Shown: piece after piece, positions 47,801 through 56,887 of the stretch
Layout: the number at the start of each line of letters is the position of its first letter
How positions within the stretch are numbered: position 1 is the stretch's first letter
DNA from: an uncultured Planctomycetales bacterium
GTDB taxonomy: Bacteria; Omnitrophota; Gorgyraeia; Zapsychrales; JAHFFX01
Reading direction: 5' to 3'
DNA length: 64,000 nucleotides
Assembly (NCBI GenBank): GCA_964612665.1
Contig: CAZTCI010000003.1
Coordinates: 207,734 to 271,733, forward strand
Program-made: the position numbers and the translations under genes
Notes under the pieces: generated by a model
Database searches by the model: none
What the model was told of the DNA's origin: nothing
Seen by the model: only the letters and a program-made list of their open reading frames with translations

Positions 47801-50800
47801 TGCCAGACACAACACCACCAACGGTTTCAATGACCGCTCCGGTGAATAACGCGACCGTGTCGGGAAGTTCTGTCATCGTTTCCGCCAACGCTTCCGATAC
47901 CGTTGGTGTTGTCGGCGTGCAGTTTAAACTCGATGGAAATAATTTAGGAAGTGAAGACACTTCCTCTCCTTATTCTATTAATTTTGATTCAACAACCGCG
48001 GCGAATGGTTCTCATACCTTAACCGCAGTCGCCCGTGATGCCGCCGGCAACACAACAACTTCGTCGGCCGTTTCGATTACTGTTTCTAATACCACAACAC
48101 CTCCGCCGACCAGCCCGGCATATCCGCTGAAAGCCAGTGCGAACAAACGTTATCTGGTTGACCAAAACAACCAGCCGGTCTTTCTCGTTGGTGATTCACC
48201 GCACGCGATGTTTGTTAATTTAAGTACGAGCCAGGCCGCGACCTACATGACCAATCGTGCTTCTTACGGCGTCAATGCTTTATGGGTCGAAATTCTTTGC
48301 GGCAGTTACATTCCTAATTGCCGTTCTGACATGAGCACCTTTGACGGGATTGTTCCGTTCACAACGCCCGGCGACATTTCAACGCCGAACCCGGCTTATT
48401 TCAGCCGGATCGACGCCATGGTCGCAACCGCGGCGCAAAACGGCATTATTCTTTTTATTGATACCTGGGAAACCGGCGGTGAGATGGGTATTCTGCAGGC
48501 CAACGGCAACACCAAGGCCTTCAACTACGGTGTCTTCCTCGGGAACCGTTATAAAAATAATCCGAATGTTATTTGGATTACCGGTAACGACTTTACAACA
48601 TCCGGTAATTCTACTGACGACACGCTCATCAAAAATATCATGGCCGGTATCGCCTCAGTTGATCCCAATCATCTGCAAACGGTTCAACTGGGATATCCGG
48701 TCAGCGGTTCGCATGAAGACAGTTTACTGCTTCCCTATATTACGCTCGGGGAAGTTTACAGTTATCCGCCGCAGTACGCGAAGATTTATACCGAATACAA
48801 CGCCAGCCCGACGCTGCCTGTTTATATGGAAGAAGCCAATTACGAAGGCGAAAACAATACCGGCAACGACCCGAGCACGCCGAAAGTTTTGCGCCAGCAG
48901 GAATACTGGACGATGCTCGCCGGCGGATTGGCCGGACAGATGTACGGCAGTGCAACGACCGCGTATTTTAATTCAGGATGGCAAAATAATTTGGATACAA
49001 CCGGCGTTCGTCAGTTAAAGATCATGAAAAATTTCTTCATGGCTTACGGCTGGCAGAATTTGGTGCCGGACCAAAATCATACGTTTGTCACAGCGGGATA
49101 CGGAACGTTCGCAAACAGTGGTGCCGTTCACACCAATGACTACGCGACCGCCGCGGTTTCACCCGACGGAACGCTTGGCATGGTCTACGTTCCATCGTCT
49201 CGAACAATGACTGTGGCTATGACAAAGATGGCTTCCACCACCGTAACCGCCCGCTGGTTTGATCCGTCAAACGGTAATTACACGCCGGTCTCTGGATCGC
49301 CGTTTGCCAATACCGGAACAAAACAATTTACACCGCCGGGCAATAACAGCGATGGTGACAGCGATTGGGTCCTAGTTCTTCAATCGTCAACAACGCCGGA
49401 TAATCAAGCGCCATCGGTTCCAGGGAATTTAACCGCTAACGCCGTATCATCAAACCAGATCAATCTTTCTTGGAAATCCTCGACGGATAATGTCGGTGTT
49501 ACCAATTACGTTATTTTTAGAAACGGAATTCAGATCGCAACGCCAACTTCGACAACTTATCAAGACACAGGATTAACTGCGCAAACGACTTATATCTATA
49601 CCGTCGCTGCGCAGGATCTTATGGGAAATACATCTGCCCAATCCGCTTCCGCCTCCGCCACCACACCGACGGCGCCGCCTTTATCGGCTGGACTTTTGGC
49701 TGCTTATGCTTTTGATGAAACCTCCGGATCAACGGCTGCGGATTCCTCTGGAAATAATTTACCTGGAACACTCAACGGTTCTGCGACGTGGACCGCGGGA
49801 AAATATTCCGGAGCAGTCAACTTAAACGGTTCAACGCAGTACGTGGATTTAGGAAATCCTGCATCGCTTCAATTAACCGGCAGCATGACCGTGACGGCCT
49901 GGATCAATTCGGCGGCGTTTCCGGCTGATGATGCAGCGGTTGTTTCCAAACGCAATACAACCGGTGGGTATCAATTGGACACGACAATCGACGTCGGGCC
50001 GCGCGCGATTGGATTTAAACTTACGGATTCCAGCGGCGTTAATATGATGCGCTACGGCAAAACCACGATGCAGACGAACACCTGGTATCACGTCGCCGGC
50101 GTTTACAATGCCGCGACCCAAACCATGGATGTTTATTTAAACGGAATCCTCGATAACGGCACGCTGTCCGGAACGATTTCATCGACGCAGCAAGATTTTG
50201 CGACGAATGTCATGATCGGTAAACGGTCGGGTAATTCTGGATATGAATTCAATGGTCGGATCGACAACGTACGGATCTACAACCGCGCATTGACTGCGGC
50301 GGAAATTCAAACAGATATGAATACCGCCATCATCGCCGGGACACTTCCGCCGCCCCCGCCCTCATCTGATGCCACACCACCTAGTGTTCCTTCGGGATTA
50401 ACGGCGACAGCGATGTCTGCAAGTCAAGTCAATTTATCCTGGAGTACCTCGACGGACAATCTCGGTGTGACGGGGTATAAAGTTTATCGCTGTCAGGGCG
50501 CGGGTTGTTCAACATTTGCTCAAGTCGGAACATCAGCGACGGCCAGTTATCAAGACACCGGATTATCAGCATCGACCAATTATTCTTACAAAGTTTCGGC
50601 CTATGACGCCGCTGGAAATTTATCAGGGTATTCGAATCAAGCCACTGGGACAACACCCGGCAGCGGCACTGATGGTGTTTGCAATCGTGGCGATATTATC
50701 ATGTGTGAAAATTGGGAATGGAGTACCAATCCATCTTACGCAGCTTCAGCTTCAGATTGGAACGCTCATGGATGGACGCTAGGTGAAACACTAAGCACAT

Positions 50801-53800
50801 ACGCCAATAGCAACGTATACTGTAACGGTATCGGATACGCTGGAAATTGTGCGGCCCAACTTTTTCTCGACGTTGATGGAGCAGGCACACAGTATCCAGA
50901 TTATCCTATCCCCGATCAACAGGGCACAATTTATCTTCGGTTCTATGTGAAGTATTCGCCCGGATATAAATTTAATTGGAACACATCCGTGCAACCTCCA
51001 GAAGGAGAACAACAAAAGGTTGCTTACCTGCGCGCACTCTCCGGTGGGAATATGGCATGGCGTATTGAAATTGATAATTTTGGACGTAATGGCGGAGCGT
51101 CGGGAGAATTTGGCGTTGATCTAAACGTCCACAATACATTTCTAAAGTACAACCAAGGACATGATGTCAATGTCGTCGGAGGCCAGTGGTATGCCATTGA
51201 ATTGATGGCGCAATTAAATACACCCGGGCAAACCAACGGGGCCATCAAGATGTGGATTGATGGCGTCCTTGTCATCTCAAACTCCGGGCTTGATATGCGT
51301 CAGGGCGCCGGACCAGCTTCAACACCGATCAATGATGTGTGGTTTACCTCTTACTATGGAGGACCAACAGATCCTCATCCAGCCCAATATATTTACTATG
51401 ACAATTTTGTTGTCAGTTCAAACTATATTGGTCCGATAGGAACGCCACCGCCTTCAGATACGACAGCGCCGACGATTTCTTTAACGGCACCTGCGAATAA
51501 TGCAACAGTCTCCGGATCGTCCGTCAGTGTATCGGCCAATGCCTCCGACAACGTCGGTGTGGCCGGAGTTCAATTCAAATTGGACGGAAATAATCTGGGC
51601 AGTGAAGATATATCATCGCCGTATTCGGTCGTATGGAATTCGACGACGGCGACGAACGGTTCGCACACACTGACGGCCGTTGCGCGCGATGCCGCCGGAA
51701 ATACGACGACCTCGACAAGTGCCATGGTGACTGTGAACAATGTACCGGCCGATACAACCGCGCCAACGGTATCGATGACCGCGCCGATCAATGGCGTAAC
51801 GGTGTCCGGTTCTTCCGTCCCTGTTTCTGCGAATGCGTCGGACAACGTCAGTGTGGCCGGTGTTCAATTTGTTTTGGACGGAAATAATTTAGGAAATGAA
51901 GATACGTCTTCTCCTTATTCCGTTGTCTGGAATTCCACGACGGCAACGAACGGCAGCCATACGTTAACGGCGATCGCGCGCGACGCGGCCGGCAATATCG
52001 CGACGGCCAGCTCAGTCACCGTGACGGTCAACAACACCGTTTCCGACACAACGCCGCCAAGCGTTCCAACAGGATTAAACGCGGCAGCTCTTTCTTCTTC
52101 TCAAATCAATTTATCCTGGAGTTCTTCGACGGACAATGTTGGCGTGACCGGCTACAAGATTTTCCGTTGCCAGGGTTCTGGATGTTCCACCTTTACTCAA
52201 ATCGGAACATCAACAACGGCAGCTTATCAAGACAACGGATTGTCGGCGTCGACCAATTATTCCTATAAAGTCTCGGCGTATGATACCGCTGGAAATAATT
52301 CCGCCCAATCGGCAAGCGTAAACGCAACAACGTCATCCGCGCCGACGGGAAGTCTTTCTTCTCTCTATCCCGGCGACGTGGGCATCGAAAATGATCCGGC
52401 GGTTTTATTCACCGAAAAATTCAACGGCGGAACGCTCTCCCAGATTGCTTCGCGCTACGATGACGTATCGAATCTCTCCAGCATGACGCTTTCAAATGAT
52501 GTCCCTGCTGGCAGCGGAAGTTCAACGTCACTTTTGATCACCGCCACCGGCGGTCAATCTTCAGGCGGTCATCTTTACAAAAACTTAGCGAATATCAACA
52601 AAACTGAAAACGACACGATGTACTTACGTTATTACGTGAAATATAAATCCGGATTTACCTTCCACCACAACTCCGTTTGGTTTGGCGGCTACAATCCTCC
52701 TTTAAATTATCCTTACCCCAGAGCAGGTCTTAAACCGGCGGGCAACGATCTTTTTACTGTCGCGACCGAACCCGTCGAAGCATCAGGACGTTTGGATAAC
52801 TACATTTATTGGATGGGCATGCATTCAGATCCAAACGGCGATTATTGGGGAAATGATTTACTGCAAGATGCCAATCTCAAAGAAACACCGGATCAATGGA
52901 TCTGCGTTGAGACCATGGTGAAACTGAATAACCCCGTCACCGCCGCCAATGGAGAGCTGGCGTTTTGGATCAACGGCCAGAAGAAAAATGATTTAGGCTT
53001 AGGCTTCCCTAATGGCCATTGGGTCTGGGATAGTTTTTATCCGACCGCGACGGACTCAACGACGTTTGGCGGGTTTCAATGGAGAAGCGATGCGAATTTG
53101 AATTTAAATTATATATGGATTCAAAATTACGCGGATACCACGCCCGTCGGCTCAACAAGTCAAATGGAAGTGGCCAATCTGGTCGCGGCCAAACAATACA
53201 TTGGATGCCTTACATCCACCCCTCCGCCCTCTGATACAACACCACCGAGTGTTCCATCAGGATTAAACGCCACGGCTATTTCTTCTTCTCAAATCAATCT
53301 AAGCTGGGGCGCATCAACGGATAATGTCGGTGTGACGGGTTATAAAGTTTATCGTTGTCAGGGGTCTAGTTGTTCAACATTCACGCAAGTGGGAACATCA
53401 GCAACCACAAATTATCAGGATAGCGGTTTGAACGCATCCACAAATTACTCGTATAAAATTTCCGCCTATGATGCGGCGGGAAATAATTCGACACAATCAA
53501 ATAGCACCAATGCAACAACGCAAAGCAGTACGACTGCCGTCAATCCCGACTGCTCCTTGCCCGGCGTACTTTACTGCCAGGACTGGACAAACGGATGGAC
53601 CGGCGTGGATGGTCCTGCGGATGGAAGCTGTAATTATATTGACACCTCTCAGGCCCACAGCGCCACTAAATCGAATGTAATGAACTGGGGTCCTAATCAA
53701 AATTCCTGTTCATGGTATTATTTGCCGACATTTACACCGCAGAAAGAAGTTTACGTGCGATGGTATCAATATATGAGTCCAGGATGGAACTGCAATGATC

Positions 53801-56800
53801 CGGCGCATGAATCCAAAGATTTCATCATCAATAGTGCGCGCGCGCCTTCAACCGACGGCGGGACCGGCGTTCAAATTCAATTTGGTGACGGAAACTTTGG
53901 TCAGTGCGGACTTGGCTTTAGACCGATCCGCATGAAAACTCAATGGGACATGATGTTTTATCAGAATCAAGGCCACGACGTTGATTTCGCAGCCAACCCA
54001 ACCAAGTGGTATTGCATTGAGACGCACGTCAAACTTAATGATCTCAATCAATCAAACGCTATCATCGAAGCCTGGGTCGATAACACATTGGTTATGAAGC
54101 ATACTGGAATGGACCTTTCTCCCGGAGACGATTCTTTTATGCAGTTGTGGGGAACGGGCAGTAAAATTAATCAAAGCAATTCCTCAATCGCCCGCTGGAC
54201 CGACGATATCGTCATTAGCACACAGCGGATCGGTTGTCAAAATGCGAGTCTTCCTCCGCCTTCCTCTGACGCTGTGCCGCCGACAGTTTCGTTAACCGCG
54301 CCAACCAATAACGCCAGCCTCTCGGGGACAAGTGTAACGGTCTCCGCAAACGCGTCCGATAATATTGGGGTCGCCGGTGTGCAATTCAAACTCGATGGAA
54401 ATAATTTGGGCAGTGAGGTTACTTCTTCTCCTTACTCTATTAATTGGAATTCAACGACCGCGACCAACGGTTCTCATATTTTAACCGCCGTGGCCCACGA
54501 TGCGGCGGGGAATACAACGACCTCATCGCCAGTCACCGTGACTGTTTCTAACCAAAGCAGTTCAAATAGTCTGATTATCGGTGAACAAAATGTTCTCACC
54601 TCTGCTGATAACGGCAACGGGAATTTATTGGTGGCGCAATCAGCGACGCTGCCTCAAACCGCGATGATCAACAGCTTGAGTTTTTATGTCACCAATGCCG
54701 CCGGAAAATTACGGCTGGGAATTTATGATGCAACCGGTCCAAACGGCGGTCCAGGCGCGAAGAAAGCCGAGACCAACGAAATGACACCCGTTGTTGGATG
54801 GAATACGGCCAATGTAACGGCGGTCTCATTACCAGCCGGAACGTATTGGCTCGCTTATCTGGCCAGCGATGACAATCTCGCGTTTGTGAAAACCGAAGAT
54901 AGTTCTTCGAGTGGAGCGTATTATTCGTATACCTATGGTACTCTCCCTTCTACATTCTCAACATCACCAAGTACAACACCCAGTCACTGGTCATTTGATG
55001 CGACTTTAAGTACGACAAACGCTCCGCCACCGCCTTCATCCGATACAACGGCGCCAAGCGTTCCAACGGGGTTAACAGCAAGTGCTGTTTCTTCGTCTCA
55101 AATTAATTTGTCGTGGAGCGCATCAACGGACAATATCGGCGTGACGGGTTATAAAGTTTATCGTTGTCAGGGATCAGGCTGTTCTGCCTTCGCTCAAGTT
55201 GGAACATCCCCGACCACAAGTTATCAAGATACAGGATTAACCGCGTCAACGAGTTATTCCTATAAAGTCTCGGCGTATGATGCGGCCGGCAACAATTCGG
55301 CGACCTCATCGTCTGTTTCATCAACGACGAGCGCGGCAAATTCGACACAAACGATCGCCACCAACGACTGGAACAGCATTAGCAGTCCTTGGCATCTTGA
55401 TCATGGAACGGCGACCATCGATTCATCCACCAACACGCCGAACCCGACAGGTGCGCTGCATTTTGTTTATCCGGTTGGCTGGCATGATGGAAATGACCCA
55501 GGAGGCGTTAATCTGGAGAATTTTGGAAACTACAATGAATTATATGTCGGATATTATTTCAAATATTCATCGAACTTTCAGTGGCATCCCGTCGCCAATA
55601 AGCACGCCTATGTTTGGCTCGGCGGCGATCCGAGCAACGGGAATTTCTTCGTTGCCGTTGGCGGTAATCAACACATGTGGTTCACCAATCAGATTGGCTG
55701 GGGACCAGGATCCATCGATTACAAACCCAACACGGCCAACAATCCAACGATTCAAGCCGGCACATGGTACTGGATGGAATTTCACGTCAAACAAAACACG
55801 CCCGGTCAATCCGATGGGCTCTTTGAGATGTGGATTAATGGTCAATTAGTCATGCAATACAACAATATCCCGTATCGTTCCTCGTCTCAGTCCAATATGG
55901 GATTTGGAAGTTTTAGTTATACGCCGGTGTGGGGCGGGGTTGTGGGCGCCACCAATAATGTTCAGAGTGATTTGTGGGTTGACCATACCGTGATTTCAAC
56001 CGGGCCTATTGGCGTTCCGGGTGCGACATTTCAATCCGCAGATGTCTATTACAACACATTCGAGTCTGCTGATATGCGCCCTAGTATTACTTTCAACGGA
56101 ACCTATTGGCAGGTGACCGGCGCAAGCGGTCCTTATTGGGGAGCTACCCCGTTGGGCGCTGGAGAGGAACCGAATCAGCCGGCGGGAGTTTACACGGCGT
56201 CAGCAAATCTTGGGAACGATGGGGCGCATTCGCCTGTATATGTGAACGATAGCAGCCTCTGCCGCACACAATCGTGTCTTCGTTATGATAAATCTCCGTC
56301 GGGTGGTGGGGGTGGTGCACTCTACTATCTGACACTTGGGGACACCCTTCCCAATCAAACCTCACAGCATTTGTTCTATCGTGCTTATCAGAAATTTCCC
56401 ATTGGGTATCAGTTTGTTTTTGGAAAACTTAATTACATGCGAGATTACAATGGAACGACGGTGATTGTGCTTAAGGGATGCTCGCCGGTATGCACAAGCA
56501 CGGATCTACGGATCGAGGTGGGAACGCCGAGCACAAGTTACTATTGCAATCAAGGAATCTCCTGTACCATCACGGGGGACAATCAATGGCACTCGCTCGA
56601 AGTGGAACTGGACCCGAATGGCGGAGGAACCAATGCCGCCACGATTCGCATGTGGCGGGATAGCAATCTCGTTTTGGAGTATTGTCCGTCGTGTTCTCAA
56701 CATGCCACTATCGCTACACCTCTGAATCCAGGCGGAATTGCGTTTGGAGAGTATGACAACGCGGCAGCGGAAGGAGGCGGAAGTCCGACGCAAAATCAAT

Positions 56801-56850
56801 CATTCTGGCTTGATGATTTGGCGGTCAGCAGACAACGGATTGGACCTTAA
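44872..56850 (+). CDS. Giant (3,992 aa) secreted multidomain surface protein. It has a signal peptide and an about 150-aa N-terminal domain that is duplicated near residue 3240. It has about 10 Ig-like (Big) repeats, 6 fibronectin-III domains and a PKD-like domain. It has a DUF4038/GH140-like TIM-barrel glycosidase domain with a Collagen_bind_2-like tail, a LamG/concanavalin-like domain, and five divergent beta-jelly-roll modules of about 270 aa
   Basis: A single uninterrupted ORF, with the RBS AAAGGA 7 nt upstream. The repeat and domain signatures are read from the translation, e.g. ...DNVGVVGVQFKLDGNNLGAEDTSSPYS..., ...LSWSASTDNVGVTGYKVYRCQGSGCS..., and LKASANKRYLVDQNNQPVFLVGDSPHAMF. Confidence 0.8.
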   Translation: MKKIIFVLSLLMIPFTTAQAATVVVGEKNILSADDNGNGNLLVTQKATLSQTATLQSLSFYITSAAGKMRLGIYDATGPGGGPGNKKAETNEITPVVGWNTANVTSAVSLPSGTYWLAYFPSDNRLAFKKKLTGSAKYYSLTYGSLPAKFSTTPNSEVVHWSLYATFSTTSSADKTPPNVSLTAPANGASVSGSSVTVSANASDNVGVAGVQFKLDGNNLGAEDTSSPYSITMDSTKVSNGVHSLTAVARDSAENTKTSSAVSITVNNSTPISVVISGLTLNNNDTLGGAIMTLTNGDSINLSNLPTQNINIEAKVTSTGTGVSHVDFKLDSFTHTEVSAPYALCGDWAACPAGLFSVGSHTLTVTPFDSANAAGQTTTITFQVIKTTPPPSDTTPPTVSMTAPANNSSVSGSNVTVSANASDDVGVVGVQFKLDGNTLSAEDTSSPYFIIWDATKTSNGAHTLTATARDAAGNSKTSSVVNVTVNNPDTTAPSAPTGLMAKVISTSEIDLSWNASTDNVGVTGYNIYRNNQLIKTQNTLALADTGLTASTTYAYGVSAIDAAGNESAKTTVSAKTNDNQAPVVSPISRDTADVDPATTGLQFYEGTTVTYSSSATDPDNDPLTWSWIYTRNGGAEVVFKTGTGAVQNAVFTYPTGSAGTTYHWILRVSDGIHTVESTLDVSIITPPDTTAPTVSMTTPANNASVSGSSITVSANASDNAGVIGVQFKMDGNTYGAEDMASPYSIVMDSTKVSNGAHTLTATARDAVGNSTTSSVVNITVSNDLTAPTVSISAPANNASVSGSSVTVSANAADNVGVVGVQFKLDGNNLGAEDTASPYSVILDSTKISNASHTLTAVARDAAGNSTTSSTITITVNNQPPDTTPPTVSMTAPANNASVSGASVTVSANTSDNVGVVGVQFILDSSNLGAEDTTSPYSVVLDSTKISNGAHTLKAVARDAAGNLGTSSIVNIMVNNQVPDTTPPTVSMTAPVNNATVSGSSVIVSANASDTVGVVGVQFKLDGNNLGSEDTSSPYSINFDSTTAANGSHTLTAVARDAAGNTTTSSAVSITVSNTTTPPPTSPAYPLKASANKRYLVDQNNQPVFLVGDSPHAMFVNLSTSQAATYMTNRASYGVNALWVEILCGSYIPNCRSDMSTFDGIVPFTTPGDISTPNPAYFSRIDAMVATAAQNGIILFIDTWETGGEMGILQANGNTKAFNYGVFLGNRYKNNPNVIWITGNDFTTSGNSTDDTLIKNIMAGIASVDPNHLQTVQLGYPVSGSHEDSLLLPYITLGEVYSYPPQYAKIYTEYNASPTLPVYMEEANYEGENNTGNDPSTPKVLRQQEYWTMLAGGLAGQMYGSATTAYFNSGWQNNLDTTGVRQLKIMKNFFMAYGWQNLVPDQNHTFVTAGYGTFANSGAVHTNDYATAAVSPDGTLGMVYVPSSRTMTVAMTKMASTTVTARWFDPSNGNYTPVSGSPFANTGTKQFTPPGNNSDGDSDWVLVLQSSTTPDNQAPSVPGNLTANAVSSNQINLSWKSSTDNVGVTNYVIFRNGIQIATPTSTTYQDTGLTAQTTYIYTVAAQDLMGNTSAQSASASATTPTAPPLSAGLLAAYAFDETSGSTAADSSGNNLPGTLNGSATWTAGKYSGAVNLNGSTQYVDLGNPASLQLTGSMTVTAWINSAAFPADDAAVVSKRNTTGGYQLDTTIDVGPRAIGFKLTDSSGVNMMRYGKTTMQTNTWYHVAGVYNAATQTMDVYLNGILDNGTLSGTISSTQQDFATNVMIGKRSGNSGYEFNGRIDNVRIYNRALTAAEIQTDMNTAIIAGTLPPPPPSSDATPPSVPSGLTATAMSASQVNLSWSTSTDNLGVTGYKVYRCQGAGCSTFAQVGTSATASYQDTGLSASTNYSYKVSAYDAAGNLSGYSNQATGTTPGSGTDGVCNRGDIIMCENWEWSTNPSYAASASDWNAHGWTLGETLSTYANSNVYCNGIGYAGNCAAQLFLDVDGAGTQYPDYPIPDQQGTIYLRFYVKYSPGYKFNWNTSVQPPEGEQQKVAYLRALSGGNMAWRIEIDNFGRNGGASGEFGVDLNVHNTFLKYNQGHDVNVVGGQWYAIELMAQLNTPGQTNGAIKMWIDGVLVISNSGLDMRQGAGPASTPINDVWFTSYYGGPTDPHPAQYIYYDNFVVSSNYIGPIGTPPPSDTTAPTISLTAPANNATVSGSSVSVSANASDNVGVAGVQFKLDGNNLGSEDISSPYSVVWNSTTATNGSHTLTAVARDAAGNTTTSTSAMVTVNNVPADTTAPTVSMTAPINGVTVSGSSVPVSANASDNVSVAGVQFVLDGNNLGNEDTSSPYSVVWNSTTATNGSHTLTAIARDAAGNIATASSVTVTVNNTVSDTTPPSVPTGLNAAALSSSQINLSWSSSTDNVGVTGYKIFRCQGSGCSTFTQIGTSTTAAYQDNGLSASTNYSYKVSAYDTAGNNSAQSASVNATTSSAPTGSLSSLYPGDVGIENDPAVLFTEKFNGGTLSQIASRYDDVSNLSSMTLSNDVPAGSGSSTSLLITATGGQSSGGHLYKNLANINKTENDTMYLRYYVKYKSGFTFHHNSVWFGGYNPPLNYPYPRAGLKPAGNDLFTVATEPVEASGRLDNYIYWMGMHSDPNGDYWGNDLLQDANLKETPDQWICVETMVKLNNPVTAANGELAFWINGQKKNDLGLGFPNGHWVWDSFYPTATDSTTFGGFQWRSDANLNLNYIWIQNYADTTPVGSTSQMEVANLVAAKQYIGCLTSTPPPSDTTPPSVPSGLNATAISSSQINLSWGASTDNVGVTGYKVYRCQGSSCSTFTQVGTSATTNYQDSGLNASTNYSYKISAYDAAGNNSTQSNSTNATTQSSTTAVNPDCSLPGVLYCQDWTNGWTGVDGPADGSCNYIDTSQAHSATKSNVMNWGPNQNSCSWYYLPTFTPQKEVYVRWYQYMSPGWNCNDPAHESKDFIINSARAPSTDGGTGVQIQFGDGNFGQCGLGFRPIRMKTQWDMMFYQNQGHDVDFAANPTKWYCIETHVKLNDLNQSNAIIEAWVDNTLVMKHTGMDLSPGDDSFMQLWGTGSKINQSNSSIARWTDDIVISTQRIGCQNASLPPPSSDAVPPTVSLTAPTNNASLSGTSVTVSANASDNIGVAGVQFKLDGNNLGSEVTSSPYSINWNSTTATNGSHILTAVAHDAAGNTTTSSPVTVTVSNQSSSNSLIIGEQNVLTSADNGNGNLLVAQSATLPQTAMINSLSFYVTNAAGKLRLGIYDATGPNGGPGAKKAETNEMTPVVGWNTANVTAVSLPAGTYWLAYLASDDNLAFVKTEDSSSSGAYYSYTYGTLPSTFSTSPSTTPSHWSFDATLSTTNAPPPPSSDTTAPSVPTGLTASAVSSSQINLSWSASTDNIGVTGYKVYRCQGSGCSAFAQVGTSPTTSYQDTGLTASTSYSYKVSAYDAAGNNSATSSSVSSTTSAANSTQTIATNDWNSISSPWHLDHGTATIDSSTNTPNPTGALHFVYPVGWHDGNDPGGVNLENFGNYNELYVGYYFKYSSNFQWHPVANKHAYVWLGGDPSNGNFFVAVGGNQHMWFTNQIGWGPGSIDYKPNTANNPTIQAGTWYWMEFHVKQNTPGQSDGLFEMWINGQLVMQYNNIPYRSSSQSNMGFGSFSYTPVWGGVVGATNNVQSDLWVDHTVISTGPIGVPGATFQSADVYYNTFESADMRPSITFNGTYWQVTGASGPYWGATPLGAGEEPNQPAGVYTASANLGNDGAHSPVYVNDSSLCRTQSCLRYDKSPSGGGGGALYYLTLGDTLPNQTSQHLFYRAYQKFPIGYQFVFGKLNYMRDYNGTTVIVLKGCSPVCTSTDLRIEVGTPSTSYYCNQGISCTITGDNQWHSLEVELDPNGGGTNAATIRMWRDSNLVLEYCPSCSQHATIATPLNPGGIAFGEYDNAAAEGGGSPTQNQSFWLDDLAVSRQRIGP

Positions 56851-56854
56851 TCTT

Positions 56855-56879
56855 CCCAACCTCCGGGGTTGGGGAGGTT
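56855..56879 (+). terminator. G/C hairpin after the giant gene with two alternative pairings (CCCAACC/GGTTGGG or AACCTCC/GGAGGTT). The second pairing includes the GGAGG Shine-Dalgarno of the TPR gene
   Basis: Read directly. Related in sequence to the hairpin at 58037-58063. Confidence 0.4.
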
Positions 56880-56887
56880 TGATAAAG

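Noticed and set aside
48341-49018. 225-aa plus-strand ORF in an alternative frame inside the giant gene, and several antisense ORFs (for example 50429-50656 and 51257-51887)
   Set aside because: They lie entirely within the giant CDS. The Arg/Pro-rich low-complexity translations are typical of shadow ORFs in GC-richer coding sequence.
45400-54550. Highly regular ~285-nt tandem repeats with conserved cores inside the giant gene, which could superficially resemble a repeat array
   Set aside because: They are in-frame coding repeats (Ig-like domains) within one continuous ORF. The period and the lack of short unique spacers rule out a CRISPR array.
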